Below the pieces are notes generated by a model that saw nothing but the letters and a program-made list of their open reading frames with translations, did not search any database and was not told the origin of the DNA. This document shows, one piece after another, positions 31,112 through 39,407 of a DNA stretch of 64,000 nucleotides. The translations under genes were made by a program, and so were the position numbers. The stretch covers positions 1-64,000 of the IMG/VR virus record IMGVR_UViG_3300049596_000679; one strand, given 5' to 3'. The DNA comes from a virus. Taxonomy: Duplodnaviria > Caudoviricetes. Numbering within the stretch: position 1 is the stretch's first letter; each line of letters begins with the position of its first letter.

Positions 31112-32791
31112 TTAATTACAAAGACCAATATTGGTAATTGTAATAAATGTTGAGAATGTTGTTGGAACCGATGATGAACATACTGTTACTGATGAATTAC
31201 CATTAATATTTTGTTGAGTTGGAGTACCAGTACTACATGGGTTATACGTAAATTTTTCAGGTTTAATATATGAGTTCTCAATCAAATAATTATAACAAGC
31301 TGATGTTGGTGTAGATGGTGTTTGGGTTGGTGTACTTGTTAATGTTGGTGTTGGTGTTGGGGTATTAATAATAACACACTGTGAACAAGATCCTTCAGAT
31401 TCAGGACCTAAAATATTTGTTAAAACTATAGTATTAACGCCAGCAATATCACTTACAAATCCATCATATACAATACAAGTAGATATACCATTAACAAATG
31501 ATTCGTATACATATCCTTTAGCTGGGGTACCACCTAAAGGGTCTAAAACAACATCTGTTGTGTAATATAAGAACCCTGTATTGCATTCTTTAAAACGTTT
31601 ACTACCATTACATATAATATAATCGTCAAACGTGTTGAATACCACAGACCCATCAAAATTACAATTATATTGTGGAGATGGGGTTGGTGTTGCAATCATT
31701 TTACCACTTGTTGCGGTAGGTGTTGGTGTTAATACATTTGCAGTTACCGATATTCCTTTACCACCACAAATTTCAGTTGCGGTTGGAGTTGGTGTTGGGG
31801 TGGGTGTTGGAGTACCTGTTACCGTTGCCGTCGGAGTTAAAGGTAATTCACAATCAAACGCCGCTTCAAATGATATTGGCTGACAGTATTGGGTTGGGGT
31901 TGGTGTTGGAATAGGACAAGATCCACCTGTAAAGAAATTATCGCATAAATCAGGACAATCTGTATTACAAGGTGATGGGCCAAATAAATAACAATCACCA
32001 TCTAATGAGTTTGACAAACACCAACGATTATCAGTTGATGAAAAATAAATATAAAAACCATTTGTTGAACCAGTCCAGAATAATTCACCATTCCACGTAC
32101 CACCACTTATATATGTGTCATCATAAATAATGTCACCTGTTGAAATACAATAAGATTCGTAAGGACAAGGACCGGGGGTTAATGTAGGTGTTGGAGTTAA
32201 AGTTTGTGTTGGAGTTGGGGTTGGGGTAGGTGTTGTACAAGCGGCATCATGAAGACTGATACATTCATCACAATCTACATTTTCTGGATCAATATAATCA
32301 CCAATAGGGTTCCAAACATATGATGGATATCCTATCTGCGGACTAACAACAGTAAAACAATTACTTTGAGTGTCATTATCCCAAACAACATATACAATAC
32401 TTCCAAGAATAAGTAACGATATTGAAGAATTTGAAGTTATTTCAAGTGTTACTCCAGCACAACATCCTGAAAGATAATATGAGAAAGATTCACTTGTTGG
32501 GGTTGGTGTTAACGTTGGAGTTGGGGTTGGTGTTGGGGTTGCAGGACAAGGGCCTGACTCTAATATTTGTCCGTCCGATTCAAAATAATAATAAATGTAA
32601 TTTTCATAATAAAAATAAAAATCGCCAATTGATGATATTGGTGTTGTACATCCTGGGTCCGAATTTACAGTGGTGCCATTAGGGAAAGGTAATGTCGCGG
32701 TATCAATGTATACTGATATTGGATCGCCACCACCAGTACATAAACCTATTGATGTTGATCCGGTATAGATGGTTATAAGAGTACAAGCCAT
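31112..32791 (-). CDS. Cys-rich protein with multiple PTPTPT linkers (putative virion decoration/fibre)
   Basis: 559 aa; about six Pro/Thr tracts separating small Cys-rich modules. Confidence 0.75.
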   Translation of the reverse strand: MACTLITIYTGSTSIGLCTGGGDPISVYIDTATLPFPNGTTVNSDPGCTTPISSIGDFYFYYENYIYYYFESDGQILESGPCPATPTPTPTPTLTPTPTSESFSYYLSGCCAGVTLEITSNSSISLLILGSIVYVVWDNDTQSNCFTVVSPQIGYPSYVWNPIGDYIDPENVDCDECISLHDAACTTPTPTPTPTQTLTPTPTLTPGPCPYESYCISTGDIIYDDTYISGGTWNGELFWTGSTNGFYIYFSSTDNRWCLSNSLDGDCYLFGPSPCNTDCPDLCDNFFTGGSCPIPTPTPTQYCQPISFEAAFDCELPLTPTATVTGTPTPTPTPTPTATEICGGKGISVTANVLTPTPTATSGKMIATPTPSPQYNCNFDGSVVFNTFDDYIICNGSKRFKECNTGFLYYTTDVVLDPLGGTPAKGYVYESFVNGISTCIVYDGFVSDIAGVNTIVLTNILGPESEGSCSQCVIINTPTPTPTLTSTPTQTPSTPTSACYNYLIENSYIKPEKFTYNPCSTGTPTQQNINGNSSVTVCSSSVPTTFSTFITITNIGLCN

Positions 32792-33012
32792 TATATATTA
32801 ATATTTTCTGTTATCACACATTCATTATCATCGATCACTTTAACCACAAAACTTGTTAATGAGGAAAAAATTGATGGAATCATAAAAGAATAAGGTAAAT
32901 CTCCACTATTGATAGTTGATACATAAATACAAGTTGTGTATCCTGTATCACATACGTAAATATCATAAGGTGATATTCCGGTAATAGAAGAGATTGTGAT
33001 ATTTGTATCCAT
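32791..33012 (-). CDS. small beta-rich protein (single SprB-like module)
   Basis: ITGISPYDIY...VKVIDDNEC; 1-nt overlap with the downstream gene; TATTTAT motif upstream. Confidence 0.65.
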   Translation of the reverse strand: MDTNITISSITGISPYDIYVCDTGYTTCIYVSTINSGDLPYSFMIPSIFSSLTSFVVKVIDDNECVITENINI

Positions 33013-33062
33013 ATATTTTTATTCTATTGTATAAATATAGTGGGAATGAAAAACTTGTGAAG

Positions 33063-33091
33063 TTGATTAAATGAAATAATTCGCCTATATT
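33063..33091 (+). promoter_or_regulatory. sigma70-like promoter TTGATT-N17-TATATT
   Basis: exact 17-nt spacer upstream of the primase gene. Confidence 0.55.
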
Positions 33092-33098
33092 ACTAAAG

Positions 33099-33998
33099 AT
33101 GGAAGAAAATGATGCTATTGTTGAATTATTGGAGGACCTTTTGGGTGACCACGGACTGCACTACCCCAATAAGGGTCAGATATCCTTCAATTGCCCCGTT
33201 TGTGATGATGATAGAAATAAACATAATTTAGAAATAAATTACGTAAATAATGTTTATAAATGTTGGTCTTGTGGTGATGTGGATGGAACTCACGGATCTT
33301 TGGGAAAACTTTTTGATAAGTACGGAAACAAGAAATTAAAGAAACTATATAATGTCTTAAAACCTGAGACGGTACAACCAAGACAAAAAAGAACAAAAAA
33401 ATTAACACTTCCTGAAGGGTTCACGTTATTTACGGAGTCAAGTCCGGTATACCCAGTAAGAAGACAAGCATATAATTATTTAAAAAGTAGGGGGATAACA
33501 GATGAAATCATTAAGAAATATAATATTGGCTTTTGCGATCGTGGTAGTCATACAGGTCGCATTATCGTCCCATCATACGATGGTAACGGAGAGTTAAATT
33601 ATTATGTTGCCCGTAGTTGGGACACAAAAAGTAAATTTAAATATAAAAACCCTGAGGCTGAGAAAGACAAGATCATCTTCAATGAAAGATTGATTGATTG
33701 GGATAAAGACATCTATTTGGTTGAGGGTGTTTTTGACGGGTTCTTCTTGGATAATTCAATTCCGATGTTAGGTAAACATATGTCGGAAATCCTATTTGAA
33801 AAAATATATATGAAATCCAAGGGGGATGTGATAATTGCTCTCGACGGTGATGCTTGGGATAACGCAATTAAACTATATCGTGAACTTAATGGGGGTGAAT
33901 TATATGAACGAATTAAAATTGTTCATTTACCTATGGACCAAGATGTTTGTGACTTAAGAGGAAATATAAACGAATACTTCGTAAAATTAAAAGATTAA
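33099..33998 (+). CDS. dnaG: DNA primase (Zn finger + TOPRIM)
   Basis: CPVC...CWSC, YLKSRGI, RIIVP, KYKNP, LVEGVFD, ALDGDA. Confidence 0.9.
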   Translation: MEENDAIVELLEDLLGDHGLHYPNKGQISFNCPVCDDDRNKHNLEINYVNNVYKCWSCGDVDGTHGSLGKLFDKYGNKKLKKLYNVLKPETVQPRQKRTKKLTLPEGFTLFTESSPVYPVRRQAYNYLKSRGITDEIIKKYNIGFCDRGSHTGRIIVPSYDGNGELNYYVARSWDTKSKFKYKNPEAEKDKIIFNERLIDWDKDIYLVEGVFDGFFLDNSIPMLGKHMSEILFEKIYMKSKGDVIIALDGDAWDNAIKLYRELNGGELYERIKIVHLPMDQDVCDLRGNINEYFVKLKD

Positions 33999-34852
33999 TG
34001 GATTTAAAAAAAATATCTGAAGAGATCAGAGAAATCATATCAGAAAAACAAAAAGAGTTTCAATTAACATTTGAGGAGGACGCTCATAAATATACCATGT
34101 TAGACATAAATGGTAAATTGAGGGATGACTTCCCTTCTGTTTCTAAATTGATGAAATATTTCTATACGGAATTTGATTCTGAAGGAATTTCATTTAGGAA
34201 GGCGAATGGCGATCCTTATGAACAACAACGATTGTTGGAGGAATGGGCTGCCGCTGGAACATATTCCACAAACATGGGTTCTCGTGTTCACTTCTTATTA
34301 GAAAAACATACATTAGAAGAATTTGGTATTGGTAAAGAAGTAAGACAACCAATTTATGAATGTGACGCAGAACAGATAGTAAAAGGTGATACGATGGTGA
34401 TTGCGGGTAAACGATACATTGACTTAATTAAAGAACGTAATTGTATTTTACTTGATACGGAGATGGTTTTAGGTCACCCTGAATTGGGATATACGGGCCA
34501 ACCAGATAAGGTATGGTTAATTATTGGTACAAATGGTGATCTTGGTATTTTGATTACAGATTGGAAGACAAACAAACCTAAAAACTTTGAAAAGAATAAG
34601 TTTACAAAACCAATGAAACGACCATTCGAGGATTTACCTGATAATGCTCTTGGTCACTACAACACACAACTACCTTTTTATGGTAAGTTATTATTAAAGA
34701 TGTTGGAAGGTACTAAATATGAGAATATCAAACTGATGGGTTGTATTGTTGTGTTATTAACGGAAGAAAGAGAATTTGTTGAACATAGAGTAGCAAAAAA
34801 AACTATTAACACAATTCTTGAAATGGATATGAAAAAGTATTTGACAAAATAA
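33998..34852 (+). CDS. PD-(D/E)XK exonuclease
   Basis: PSVS, GSRVH, TGQPD, ITDWKT, QLPFY. Confidence 0.8.
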   Translation: MDLKKISEEIREIISEKQKEFQLTFEEDAHKYTMLDINGKLRDDFPSVSKLMKYFYTEFDSEGISFRKANGDPYEQQRLLEEWAAAGTYSTNMGSRVHFLLEKHTLEEFGIGKEVRQPIYECDAEQIVKGDTMVIAGKRYIDLIKERNCILLDTEMVLGHPELGYTGQPDKVWLIIGTNGDLGILITDWKTNKPKNFEKNKFTKPMKRPFEDLPDNALGHYNTQLPFYGKLLLKMLEGTKYENIKLMGCIVVLLTEEREFVEHRVAKKTINTILEMDMKKYLTK

Positions 34853-34869
34853 ATAAAATAAACTATATT
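34841..34869 (+). promoter_or_regulatory. sigma70-like promoter TTGACA-N17-TATATT
   Basis: consensus -35, 17-nt spacer, 5/6 -10. Confidence 0.7.
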
Positions 34870-34874
34870 ATCGT

Positions 34875-34964
34875 ATGGAATCAACAATAACACCAATTTG
34901 GTACACCAACACTAGTTGGGACGACGGAACAATTAAAATAAACGTTAAATATATAATAAAATGA
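34875..34964 (+). CDS. 29-aa small ORF (MESTITPIWYTNTSWDDGTIKINVKYIIK), not in ORF track
   Basis: starts just after the promoter; ATGA overlap with the next gene. Confidence 0.45.
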   Translation: MESTITPIWYTNTSWDDGTIKINVKYIIK

Positions 34965-35179
34965 GTGATGACAATATCATAAGACCTAAGATTAATCTTA
35001 GACAACAACCAACTATCATTTGTGGAGAATGTAGTTCAAAGTTTTTTAAAGAAGTAACTATGTTGAAGAAAGTGCCTAAATTATTAACAGGAAGTTCGGA
35101 AGATACAATTGTACCTTTCCCAACTTATATGTGTAATAGTTGTGGGTTCGTAAATGAAGAATTCTTAGTTTTTGAATAA
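34961..35179 (+). CDS. small Zn-ribbon protein
   Basis: CGEC...CNSCG. Confidence 0.75.
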   Translation: MSDDNIIRPKINLRQQPTIICGECSSKFFKEVTMLKKVPKLLTGSSEDTIVPFPTYMCNSCGFVNEEFLVFE

Positions 35180-35325
35180 TGGAAATCGGTAAAATGACAT
35201 TAAGTGAGGCATACCCACACCTTAGAAGTGTGGCTTTGTCTTATGGGTTAAAATTAAACAGAGTTAAGGATCTTAAATTTGCAAGGCTTATTTTGGCAAA
35301 CCTTTATAGTAGAGAATTATGTTAA
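35179..35325 (+). CDS. 48-aa small protein (MEIGKMTLSEAYPHL...), not in ORF track
   Basis: TAATG coupling to the upstream gene; fills the gap exactly. Confidence 0.6.
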   Translation: MEIGKMTLSEAYPHLRSVALSYGLKLNRVKDLKFARLILANLYSRELC

Positions 35326-35567
35326 CATACAAAGAATTTTATATTTGGTTAGAGGGTTTTATGACCAATAGAGATTGGACGACGATCAAACAGGTTGATA
35401 TTGAAACTATCCAAGGCAAGATGAAAGAAGTGAAAGAAGAAAATAAATTTGGAATTGCCGAACCTTATATGGTACCAATACCTGTTAACCCACTTATAAA
35501 AATTGGGGATGTCCCGCCACCACCTTGGGATATAACTTTTAAAATAAAAGAACAATTAAATGATTAA
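35319..35567 (+). CDS. hypothetical protein
   Basis: EFYIWLEGF N-terminus typical of small phage proteins. Confidence 0.7.
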   Translation: MLTYKEFYIWLEGFMTNRDWTTIKQVDIETIQGKMKEVKEENKFGIAEPYMVPIPVNPLIKIGDVPPPPWDITFKIKEQLND

Positions 35568-35570
35568 ATT

Positions 35571-35810
35571 ATGAAAAACTTATTATCTATTATATGTTTA
35601 TTATTTATTATGACTTCATGTAAGACAAAATCTAATTGCGACGCTTACTCACAATTTTTAAAAAGACAAACGGACTCTCTTGAAACCCAAATTAAAAGTA
35701 AAAAAGATTCTATTAATCTATTAAACAATTATATAGTTTTCTTAGAAAATGAAACACAATTTTTAGGTAGTGTTCTTGCGGAGAAAGAATTTGAAGATGG
35801 TATTGAATAA
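35571..35810 (+). CDS. putative lipoprotein
   Basis: signal peptide MKNLLSIICLLFIMTS-C followed by a coiled coil. Confidence 0.65.
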   Translation: MKNLLSIICLLFIMTSCKTKSNCDAYSQFLKRQTDSLETQIKSKKDSINLLNNYIVFLENETQFLGSVLAEKEFEDGIE

Positions 35811-35840
35811 CAAATAAATTAAACAAACAAATAATTAAAA

Positions 35841-36098
35841 ATGAAAAAAAGAACACTCAACGAACTAAGACAAGAAAAAGAATATGGGTATAGGGCACCA
35901 TTAACAAATACGGAAATTAATGAGATGTCAATAACTCAACAAATTAAAATCGCATTAGAAAACTCCAACTTAAATGTTGTTGTTACACCGATTATGTTTG
36001 ACCCTAAAGAATTTATACCAGTACTGGGTGTGTTAGTAAAAAACGAAGATTCAAGTTATACTAGAAAATATACAATAACGGTTAAACCAAACAATTAA
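35841..36098 (+). CDS. hypothetical protein
   Basis: 85 aa ORF in a co-directional run. Confidence 0.65.
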   Translation: MKKRTLNELRQEKEYGYRAPLTNTEINEMSITQQIKIALENSNLNVVVTPIMFDPKEFIPVLGVLVKNEDSSYTRKYTITVKPNN

Positions 36099-36101
36099 AT
36101 A

Positions 36102-36476
36102 ATGAAATCAAGTATAATATTAGTCATCTTTTTGTTTTTCATTAAATTCACATCTGTATCACAGATAATAGGAACAACATATAAGCTTGATAGTATAGAA
36201 ATTGCACAATTTGATCTACCGACAGAGTTGACATGGTATAACGCTAAAAGGGAGTGTAAAGAATTAGGTAAAGGTTGGAGACTACCGACTAAAGACGAAT
36301 TAGACAAAATGTATGAGAATAAGGACCTTATAGGTAATTTTGTTAACACTAATTATTGGAGTTCTACCGATCATAATTCTGATTACGCTTGGATGCAAGT
36401 GTTTACACACAAACTTATAGCAATAACCTTAAAAGAAGGACATATTAACGCTAGGGCAGTCAAAACAATAAAATAA
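36102..36476 (+). CDS. secreted DUF1566/Lcl-type (C-type-lectin fold) protein
   Basis: signal peptide; TWYNAKREC..GWRLPTKDEL..YWSST..AW..RAV. Confidence 0.75.
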   Translation: MKSSIILVIFLFFIKFTSVSQIIGTTYKLDSIEIAQFDLPTELTWYNAKRECKELGKGWRLPTKDELDKMYENKDLIGNFVNTNYWSSTDHNSDYAWMQVFTHKLIAITLKEGHINARAVKTIK

Positions 36477-36489
36477 TAAAATAATAAAA

Positions 36490-37110
36490 ATGACTAATTT
36501 AAAAAAAGTATTTACTGAAATATACGAAAGTAATTCTTGGACTAGTTCCGAAAGTAGGTCAGGACTTGGTTCTGAATTGATTAGCACTGAAACAATACGA
36601 AAAGAACTACCAGAAGTATTTAAAAAATTCAACATTAAAAGTGTTTTGGATATACCATGTGGGGATTTTAATTGGATGAATAATGTTGACTTAAAAGAGG
36701 TCCATTATATTGGTGCTGATATTGTGGAAAATATGATTGAGGACAACAAAAATAATTTTAAAGATTATGAATTTAAAGTTTTAGATATAACTGAAGACGA
36801 TCTACCCGAAGTAGATTTAATTTTTGCTAGAGACATTTTAGGTCATTTTGATTATGAAAATATTGAAAAAACAATAAAAAACATAATTCGTAGTGGCAGT
36901 AAATATTTGTTAACAACTTCTTTTACAAAATGGGAATATAATGTAGACATAAAAAATGGTGATTGGAGACCAATAAATTTAATGTTAAAACCATTTTTAT
37001 TTAAACCAATTTATCTAATTAATGAAAATTGTTTTGAAGGAGATTTTCAATATAATGACAAATGTCTTATATTATTTGACTTAAATAAACTTTATTGTGG
37101 ATTAAAATAA
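36490..37110 (+). CDS. class I SAM-dependent methyltransferase
   Basis: SGLGS, VLDIPCGDFNW, YIGADIV, DLIFARD, WRPINL. Confidence 0.8.
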   Translation: MTNLKKVFTEIYESNSWTSSESRSGLGSELISTETIRKELPEVFKKFNIKSVLDIPCGDFNWMNNVDLKEVHYIGADIVENMIEDNKNNFKDYEFKVLDITEDDLPEVDLIFARDILGHFDYENIEKTIKNIIRSGSKYLLTTSFTKWEYNVDIKNGDWRPINLMLKPFLFKPIYLINENCFEGDFQYNDKCLILFDLNKLYCGLK

Positions 37111-37117
37111 TTAAAAT

Positions 37118-37303
37118 ATGAAAAGATACCCCGCATTATTCATTAAATGGTTAGCGAACCGTTTTGGATACAAAATTACATTAGTGAAATCAGGAAAAGG
37201 AACAACTAGGGTTGAAGGAGACATGGAGTTACTTCGTTATTTAGATATCTCAGGATACTTTTTTAAAAAAGAACCATTTGATAGATTAAAAAATGGTAAA
37301 TAA
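37118..37303 (+). CDS. hypothetical protein
   Basis: 61 aa, fills the gap and overlaps the next gene. Confidence 0.55.
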   Translation: MKRYPALFIKWLANRFGYKITLVKSGKGTTRVEGDMELLRYLDISGYFFKKEPFDRLKNGK

Positions 37304-38072
37304 CTTAGTTCACTTTTCTGATTTACATATCAGATTATATAAGGATCACGATTTATACCGTTCAATATTAGAAACGGCAATTGAACAATGGAAAGAATTG
37401 TCTCCTGACCGTATTATATTTACGGGTGATTTAGTTCATTCTAAAAACCAAATGACACCTGAACTTATTGAGTTTGTTGCTTGGATTTTAACTGAATGTT
37501 CATCAATTGCTAAAACAATTATTATACCAGGTAATCACGATTTTTTGGTAAACAATACTGAAAGATTGGACGCACTTACACCAATTATTAATTCTTTGAA
37601 TAATGATAATATTGTCTACTATCGAGATAGAGGTGTTTATGAGGATGATAACATTAGTTGGTGTGTTTATTCACAATACCAAGGAAATATTCCTCCTGAT
37701 ATTATTGAAGGTAAGGGTAGAAAAATTGGGTTATTTCACGGACCTATTTCAGGTTTAAAAACAGATCTTGGATTTGAGTTTGGTGAAGAGGCGTATGATA
37801 TTGAAAAGTTTGATGGGTTAGAAACCGTTTTATGTGGTGACATTCATAAACGAGCTGAGTTCCAAATTAAAGGAGGTAAAGGTTATATGATTGGATCAAC
37901 CATTCAAAACAACATTGGAGAAAGTATAGGTAGACATGGATATGGTATATATGATGTTGAAACAAAGGAGTATAATTATACTGATTTACCTAATCCAAAA
38001 CCATTTTTGAAGTTCTCCATTAAATCATTTGAAGATATTGAGAATGGAACAGAAAGACTCCAAAATATTTAA
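37293..38072 (+). CDS. sbcD: Mre11/SbcD-like metallophosphoesterase nuclease (gp47-like), short
   Basis: SDLH, TGDLVH, PGNHD, FHG, CGDIHK. Confidence 0.88.
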   Translation: MVNNLVHFSDLHIRLYKDHDLYRSILETAIEQWKELSPDRIIFTGDLVHSKNQMTPELIEFVAWILTECSSIAKTIIIPGNHDFLVNNTERLDALTPIINSLNNDNIVYYRDRGVYEDDNISWCVYSQYQGNIPPDIIEGKGRKIGLFHGPISGLKTDLGFEFGEEAYDIEKFDGLETVLCGDIHKRAEFQIKGGKGYMIGSTIQNNIGESIGRHGYGIYDVETKEYNYTDLPNPKPFLKFSIKSFEDIENGTERLQNI

Positions 38073-38700
38073 TAAAGAAACTCTCGGCAGCGTTGAGAGT
38101 TTTTGTGAACTCAATAATATTGAGGATAAGGAAGATTTCATCTACCTTTGTTTCAAACAAGGTTTTGACATTAAGAAGTTTGGTCTTTTGGGAGAAACAC
38201 TTAATGAAGGTGAAAAACACTTAAAAACGGGTGGGATTGAAGAAAAACGGGTGGAAATTGAGGTAATACGAGAAATACGGGTGGAAGTTCCTGTTGAAAT
38301 AGTGGTTGAGAAAATAATCTATACCACTGACGATATTCAAATAAACGAACTTGGCGAAAAAATTGCCGAGTTGGAACAAGAAATTTCCACTAAAACTACC
38401 GAAATCGGTACAATTAGAGAAGAATTTTCCACTAAAACGACAGAAATGGAAAATATTTTCCAAAATATAATGTCTAAAAAGGATTTAGAGTTAAACGAAC
38501 TTAGACAAAAATTAGACGAACCTGTAACAAATAATAAGTTAAATATGTTACAAGATACTTTACAGAATTTAAGAAATGACTTATCATTGAAGAACGATAA
38601 AATAAATGAATTAGAAAAAATAAACCAGGAACTACAAAAAACGGCAAATTTACAAAACGCCATTTATATGAAAGGTTCCAATTTAAATAGTAGAATATGA
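38044..38700 (+). CDS. coiled-coil protein with a VEVPVE-type repeat
   Basis: ATG at 38044; RVEIEVIREIRVEVPVEIVVEK; duplicated STKTTE. Confidence 0.7.
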   Translation: MEQKDSKIFNKETLGSVESFCELNNIEDKEDFIYLCFKQGFDIKKFGLLGETLNEGEKHLKTGGIEEKRVEIEVIREIRVEVPVEIVVEKIIYTTDDIQINELGEKIAELEQEISTKTTEIGTIREEFSTKTTEMENIFQNIMSKKDLELNELRQKLDEPVTNNKLNMLQDTLQNLRNDLSLKNDKINELEKINQELQKTANLQNAIYMKGSNLNSRI

Positions 38701-39050
38701 TACAATTAGTAATGTTTATGATCGCGGCATATGGAATGACGACGATCTTAGTGTATGGGTCCATTTTCAATGGGGTAAGAAATAAAATTATAAAAGCGGG
38801 CGGAGATGAAGGTTATTTTTTAACTAGACCCACATTTAAATTCATATCAGATTTGATATCTTGTATTTTATGTACGGGTACTTGGGTTGGATTTTTCTTA
38901 TCCTTATTTTATTTTTCACCGACCTATGAATTCATTGGACTTAATAAGTTTTTATCCGTATTTTTTGATGGAATGTTGTCCGCAGGATCGGTATGGGCAA
39001 TCAATAGTATAATTGAATGGTTTGAAGAAAATAGACCAAGTAATAAATAA
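38697..39050 (+). CDS. membrane protein (DUF1360-like)
   Basis: hydrophobic helices; LISCILCTGTWVG motif. Confidence 0.65.
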   Translation: MIQLVMFMIAAYGMTTILVYGSIFNGVRNKIIKAGGDEGYFLTRPTFKFISDLISCILCTGTWVGFFLSLFYFSPTYEFIGLNKFLSVFFDGMLSAGSVWAINSIIEWFEENRPSNK

Positions 39051-39065
39051 AAACAAATATAAAAA

Positions 39066-39404
39066 ATGGGAAAAAAGGACAAAGAACACAGAGCAAAAGT
39101 TGCAAAAAGAAACAAACGTATAAACCAAGAAAAATCAGGAATGCAAAAAGCTTTTGATAAATTAATGGAAGAACAAATTCAAAAATTGAAAACCAATGAA
39201 GGTTTAAATGTTGATTTGTCTGGTAGTACAATACCATTTGAAGTTTTTGATAAAGATCAATTAGATTCAATTGTGGACTTTAAAGAAAAACACCCCGAAT
39301 TAATCATGGGTAATGACGAGGAATTAAGAGAAGAATCCCCACTTAACATTGAAGGAGATGATATGCCTTTAGATGTTGACACAACAGAAGAAGAACAAAA
39401 ATAA
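39066..39404 (+). CDS. hypothetical protein (basic N-terminus, acidic C-terminus)
   Basis: MGKKDKEHRAKVAKRN; acidic tail. Confidence 0.7.
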   Translation: MGKKDKEHRAKVAKRNKRINQEKSGMQKAFDKLMEEQIQKLKTNEGLNVDLSGSTIPFEVFDKDQLDSIVDFKEKHPELIMGNDEELREESPLNIEGDDMPLDVDTTEEEQK

Positions 39405-39407
39405 TGA

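Noticed and set aside
33998-34852. Cas4 / CRISPR adaptation gene
   Set aside because: PD-(D/E)XK core only; lacks the four Fe-S cysteines; no array or cas1
36102-36476. Active diversity-generating retroelement
   Set aside because: No reverse transcriptase or template repeat found in the window
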